DNA of 64,000 bases from the NCBI GenBank assembly GCA_965223705.1, contig OZ245015.1, forward strand, positions 2,336,001 to 2,400,000, in the 5' to 3' direction. This DNA is from Myxococcota bacterium (GTDB lineage Bacteria; Myxococcota_A; UBA9160; UBA6930). The notes beneath the pieces are model-generated. The model was not told the DNA's origin. It saw nothing but the letters and a program-made list of their open reading frames with translations, and made no database searches. Below are positions 59,129 to 64,000 of this stretch, piece by piece; the first letter of the stretch is position 1, and each line of letters starts with the position of its first letter. The translations under genes and the position numbers were made by a program.

Positions 59129-59527
59129 ATGACCTTGCCGATCACGGCTCTCTACGCGGGAATCCTGGCCTTGCTGCTGGTTGCCCTCAGCATTCGTGTG
59201 GTGGTCCTCGTCCGCGCGAAAGCGGCGGTCAATTTCGGCGATGCGGGCGACCCCGAGAACGCGCGTATTGTTCGCGCCCAGGGCAACTTCATCGAGTACG
59301 TCCCGATGGCCCTGCTCCTGTTGGCGGTGGCCGAGCACAACGGGGCGTCTCCGACGTGGCTCCACGCACTCGGCGCGGGACTCGTCGTAGCGCGTCTCAT
59401 CCACCCCACCGGTCTACGCCCGGTCGGGGGACCGAACGTCGCTCGGGTCGTCGGGACCAGCGCGACCTGGCTGGTGCTCGCAGCAGGCGGCGCACTCGTC
59501 ATCCATCAGGCGCTGACGATGCACTAA
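59129..59527 (+). CDS. MAPEG family membrane protein
   Basis: ITALYAG, RAQGNFIEYVP, ARLIH; AAGGAG RBS. Confidence 0.9.
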   Translation: MTLPITALYAGILALLLVALSIRVVVLVRAKAAVNFGDAGDPENARIVRAQGNFIEYVPMALLLLAVAEHNGASPTWLHALGAGLVVARLIHPTGLRPVGGPNVARVVGTSATWLVLAAGGALVIHQALTMH

Positions 59528-61422
59528 TCGGGCGCCTCGCGGACGTTCGCTTGCTCGCGCACGATCTGCAGGAGCCCGTCGCCGAAACGCTTCGCCTTGG
59601 TCGGCCCGATTCCGTGGATGAGGCGGAGGGCTTCCGCGCTCTCCGGCCGAAGCCGTGCAATCTCGCGCAAGGTCCGGTCGCTGGCGACGACATACGGCGG
59701 CGTGCCGAGACGCTGCGATACCTCGAGGCGGTGCTGCCGGAGAGCGTTGAACAGCGCCTCGGAGGCCTCGTCGAGTGGAGCCTCGCCTCCGCTTCGAGCC
59801 CGGCGGTCGACCGTCACCGGTGCCGTTTTGGGTAGGGTTCGGATGCCCACCGGAAGCAGCAGGTTCGCCGGCGCTTCACCGCGCATGACGGCGGCACCCT
59901 CTTCCGTGAGCACGACCACGGGACGATCGCCTCCGACAAAGTCGACCCAACCCGCCGTCACGCAACGGCGCAACAACCGCGTCAGCCACAAGTCCGGGTG
60001 CTCTCCGAGGGCGCCAAAGGTCGGCGTCAAGTGCAAGCCCGCGGACTCCAGGCGAGCGTCGGAGGCACCGCGGAGGAGCTTCGCCGCAGCCTGTAAACCG
60101 AAGCGGCCATGAACCCGAGCCACCGCCGAAAGCGCTTTTCTGACGGTGAGCGTCGCCGTCTCTTTGTCGACCTGAGGCTGCTTCACCTGGTCGCGGCAGA
60201 CGTCGCAACGCCCGCACCCCGCGAGTGTCTCCGCCTCGTCACCGAAATAGCGCAAAATGGCGTCGTGCCGGCAGCTTCCGCCCTCGGTCCAGCGCATGAG
60301 TTCGAGAAACAGGTTCCACTTGTGCTGGACCACGTCTTCGCCCGACGCGCGACCGTCGGAATCGCCCTCGATCAGGCGGCGCCGCAGAGGCATATCACCG
60401 GCTGACGTCAGAAGCTGTCCAATCGCGGGGTCGCCGTCGCGCCCGGCCCGACCCACTTCCTGGTAATAAGCTTCGATCGAACTCGGCGGCGCGAGGTGGA
60501 TCACCGCACGGACGTCCGAGCGATCGATCCCCATTCCGAAGGCGTTCGTGGCGACCACGACCTCGGTATCGCCGTTCCGAAAGCTCTCGCTCACGCGCTC
60601 GCGGACGTCCCCCCGAAGCCCCGCGTGATAGACCTCGGTCCGGTAACCGAGACGCCCGAGTCGGCCGGCTTCCATTTCTGTCGACTTTCGCGTCGGCGCG
60701 TAAACGATGGCGCATCCTTTGGCGCCGCCCGGCGCTCCTATGGCTTCGAGGAGCGTCGCGTCGACGGCGTGGCCGCGCTCCTTGGAAGACGCCACCTCGT
60801 TCGCGCGGAGGGCCAGGTTCGGGCGCGCGAAGCCGTGCACCAGCTGAGGGGTGTCCGCGGGGAGTCCCAGACGCGACAAGATTTCGTCCCGGACCACCGG
60901 CGTCGCCGTCGCCGTGCACGCCAGTACCCGGGCGGGGCGCACCTCGTCGAGCACTCGACCGATTTGGAGATAATCGGGCCTAAAATCATGCCCCCACTCA
61001 CTAATACAGTGAGCCTCATCCACCGCGACGAGCGGGCAATCGAGATCGGCAAGGAGGCTTCGAAAGCCGGGAAACGAGAGCCGTTCGGGCGCGACGTACA
61101 GGAGACGGTACGCGCCGCTCGCGATGGTGCGCATGCGCTCCCGCAACACGTCGGGTTCGAGAGTCGCCGCGAGGAAGGTCGCCGGGACGCCCACGTCTTC
61201 GAGACTTCCCACCTGATCGTGCATCAACGAAACCAGGGGTGAGATGACGACGCTCGTGCCGTCGAAGAGCGCCGCGGGAAGCTGGTACACGAGGCTCTTC
61301 CCTCCGCCGGTCGGGGCGACGAGGAGCGCGCGGCCGCCGCGCAGGAGCTCTTCCATCGCCTCTCGCTGGCCCGGTCGGAAATGGGCCAAACCGAAACGCC
61401 GTAAGCCGGATTCGAGGTCCAA
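59524..61422 (-). CDS. recQ: ATP-dependent DNA helicase RecQ
   Basis: PTGGGKS, DEAHCISEWGHDFRP, TATAT, QEVGRAGRDG, Zn-binding Cys cluster, HRDC domain. Confidence 0.95.
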   Translation of the reverse strand: MDLESGLRRFGLAHFRPGQREAMEELLRGGRALLVAPTGGGKSLVYQLPAALFDGTSVVISPLVSLMHDQVGSLEDVGVPATFLAATLEPDVLRERMRTIASGAYRLLYVAPERLSFPGFRSLLADLDCPLVAVDEAHCISEWGHDFRPDYLQIGRVLDEVRPARVLACTATATPVVRDEILSRLGLPADTPQLVHGFARPNLALRANEVASSKERGHAVDATLLEAIGAPGGAKGCAIVYAPTRKSTEMEAGRLGRLGYRTEVYHAGLRGDVRERVSESFRNGDTEVVVATNAFGMGIDRSDVRAVIHLAPPSSIEAYYQEVGRAGRDGDPAIGQLLTSAGDMPLRRRLIEGDSDGRASGEDVVQHKWNLFLELMRWTEGGSCRHDAILRYFGDEAETLAGCGRCDVCRDQVKQPQVDKETATLTVRKALSAVARVHGRFGLQAAAKLLRGASDARLESAGLHLTPTFGALGEHPDLWLTRLLRRCVTAGWVDFVGGDRPVVVLTEEGAAVMRGEAPANLLLPVGIRTLPKTAPVTVDRRARSGGEAPLDEASEALFNALRQHRLEVSQRLGTPPYVVASDRTLREIARLRPESAEALRLIHGIGPTKAKRFGDGLLQIVREQANVREAPD

Positions 61423-61458
61423 CTCGTCGATGAGATCGCTCCTCGAGTTCGCGGGGCC

Positions 61459-62610
61459 CTAGAGGCGGTAGATTCGTCGGACGTTGCCTCCGAGCACCGC
61501 GTTGCGGCTCGACTCGGAGAGCGGCGCGACGAAGTTCTCGAGCGCGGGCACCCAGGTACTGGGGTGATCGGGGTGGGGATAATCCGTCGCCCACATGAAG
61601 CAGTGCGCACCGACGTGATCGATCACGTGGGGAGCGGCCGTTTCGTCGGGATCGCCCGAAATGAAGCACTGGCGGCGGAAGATGTCCGAGGGTCGATGGT
61701 TCAAAGCGACGCCTTTGGCGATGATCGTCTCGAAGACCGCGTCCATACGGTCGAGAAAAGAGCCGATCCAACCGCAGCCCGCTTCGAGCACACCGAGGCG
61801 AAGCGCCGGAAAACGCTCCAGCGCGCCCTGCGTGAAGAACGACAGAAGGGCCTGTTGCGAACCCTGGCGCACCATCACGTTGTAGAAATATTCTCGTTGG
61901 CGGCCCAAGGCACTCGCCGCGAAGCGTACGGGCGCGGCCCAATCCGGCTCGAAAGTCGGGTGAATGGCGATCGGGACGTCGAGTTCGCAGGCCTTCGCGT
62001 ACAACGCATCATGGTCGGGATGACCGTGAGGCTTTTTCGTGTGGGTGAACGGCGCGAGAAAGCCCCCCCGACAGCCCTCTCCCACCGCGCGTTCGAGCTC
62101 CTTCGCGGCGCCTTCGGGGTCGAGAAGTGACACGTGGGCGATCGGCACGAGGCGACCGCCCGAACCGCGACAGAAATCGGCGATCCACCGGTTGTACGCG
62201 CGTTGGTAGGCGAGCGTGAGCTCCGGGTCCTCGACTTCGCATTCCCACAGGAGCCCCAAGGTCGGGTAGAGCACCGTCTGCTCGAGGTTCTCACGGTCGA
62301 GGAGTTCGATCCGCTCGCCCGGGTTCCCGCCGCCGAAGGGGATGTGATCCATGTAGCGGCGGTCCGGGCTGCGCTTCGGCTGATCCTCCCCCATCGCACC
62401 GAGCAGACCCGGAAATCCTTTCGTCGTACGCTGCGAAGGGCGTCCGTCGAGCTCGAGATACTCGAGACCTTCTTCATCCGTGCGAATACGCATCGCCCGC
62501 GGGCGGTACTTCTCCTCGAGGTACTCTTCCCAGAGAGTCTCCGGTTCAAGCACGTGACCGTCGGCATCTACCGTGCCGTCGTAGGGGAAGCGAACGATTT
62601 CGTAGGGCAT
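61459..62610 (-). CDS. Amidohydrolase-2 family protein
   Basis: DADGHV, LYPT, IHP, LEAG, TDYPHPD. Confidence 0.9.
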   Translation of the reverse strand: MPYEIVRFPYDGTVDADGHVLEPETLWEEYLEEKYRPRAMRIRTDEEGLEYLELDGRPSQRTTKGFPGLLGAMGEDQPKRSPDRRYMDHIPFGGGNPGERIELLDRENLEQTVLYPTLGLLWECEVEDPELTLAYQRAYNRWIADFCRGSGGRLVPIAHVSLLDPEGAAKELERAVGEGCRGGFLAPFTHTKKPHGHPDHDALYAKACELDVPIAIHPTFEPDWAAPVRFAASALGRQREYFYNVMVRQGSQQALLSFFTQGALERFPALRLGVLEAGCGWIGSFLDRMDAVFETIIAKGVALNHRPSDIFRRQCFISGDPDETAAPHVIDHVGAHCFMWATDYPHPDHPSTWVPALENFVAPLSESSRNAVLGGNVRRIYRL

Positions 62611-62654
62611 GGTCTCCTCTATTCTACCCCGAATCCTATGGCCCGGAGGCGCTC

Positions 62655-63485
62655 ATGCCCGACGATCGCGAACTGACCGTCCACTACAGCCCTGGTGATC
62701 TGCTGAAAAACATCGAAGCCGGCGTCCGCGCGATGGGGCGCACGCCAAAGACGATTACGATCGACGAGCTCGCCTCCGTCGACGAGTTCCACATCGGCGG
62801 ACGCGAAGCCTCCGAGGCTTTTCTTTCGCAGCTCGCACTCTCGGAGCGCGATCGCGTTCTCGACGTCGGGTCGGGGCTCGGCGGCGGCGCGCGTTGGGTG
62901 GCGCAACGCTACGGCGCACGCGTGACGGGGATCGACTTGACACCGGAATTCGTCGAGGTCGGTCGGGCTTTGTGCGAATGGGTCGGGCTCGAGGAGCAAG
63001 TCGAGCTTCACGCCGGTAGCGCGCTCGCCATGCCCTTCTCCGACGACCAGTTCGACGCCGCATACATCATGCATGTCGGTATGAACATCGCCGAGAAGCC
63101 GGCCCTCATGCGAGAGCTCGGTCGTGTCCTCCGCCGATCGAGCCGAATCGGCATCTACGACGTCATGCGGACGGGTCCGGGTGAACTCGCGTTCCCGGTC
63201 CCGTGGGCGACGAGGCCGGAAGATAGCGCCGTGGATTCGCCTGACGCTTACCGTGCGGCGCTAGAGGCGGCGGGCTTTACCGTCACGGCGGAGCGCGACC
63301 GGAGGGACTTCGCCATCGCGTTCTTCGACGCGATGCGGGAGCGCGCCGCAAGCGCGGACGGGCCACCTCCCCTGGGTCTTCATCTGCTGCTCGGTGAGAC
63401 GCGAGCGCAGAAAATGGAGAACGTCGTCGCGAACATTCGAGCCGGACGCCTCGCCCCGGTCGAAATCATCGCGGAGCGTGGGTGA
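62655..63485 (+). CDS. Class I SAM-dependent methyltransferase
   Basis: DEFHIGG, LDVGSGLGG, GIDLT, HVGMNI, FPVPWA. Confidence 0.88.
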   Translation: MPDDRELTVHYSPGDLLKNIEAGVRAMGRTPKTITIDELASVDEFHIGGREASEAFLSQLALSERDRVLDVGSGLGGGARWVAQRYGARVTGIDLTPEFVEVGRALCEWVGLEEQVELHAGSALAMPFSDDQFDAAYIMHVGMNIAEKPALMRELGRVLRRSSRIGIYDVMRTGPGELAFPVPWATRPEDSAVDSPDAYRAALEAAGFTVTAERDRRDFAIAFFDAMRERAASADGPPPLGLHLLLGETRAQKMENVVANIRAGRLAPVEIIAERG

Positions 63486-63501
63486 CGCAGCCCTCGCAAG
63501 C

Positions 63502-64000
<499 letters not shown>

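Noticed and set aside
57304..59145. 613-aa - strand ORF
   Set aside because: Antisense shadow of hydantoinase B

Overview
High-GC (roughly two-thirds G+C by eye), gene-dense bacterial chromosomal segment with about 55 CDS. I saw no rRNA, tRNA, CRISPR array, integrase or transposase. It is dominated by catabolic and redox enzymes, many in paralogous copies: ethanolamine ammonia-lyase eutBC, 3 Baeyer-Villiger monooxygenases, 2 hydantoinase/oxoprolinase A and 4 B-type genes, nitrilase, amidase, copper amine oxidase, class III aminotransferase, 4 SDRs, 3 SnoaL/NTF2 proteins, F420-type enzymes, a BLUF photoreceptor, SelO and RecQ. The main hidden signal is two genes that the ORF track splits at an in-frame TGA located exactly at a catalytic Cys position: an AhpC-type peroxiredoxin (FTFV-TGA-ATE) and an AhpD-like protein (C-F-Y-TGA). 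Each TGA is followed, 12 nt downstream, by a GCG...UGC hairpin, so both are probably selenoproteins sharing a SECIS geometry. Other points of interest: a hydantoinase A + degenerate B' + B operon, a candidate lactam-catabolism operon, recurrent leaderless-type promoters, and three short AT-rich codon patches inside otherwise GC-rich genes. All family assignments come from motif recognition by eye; no database searches were run.
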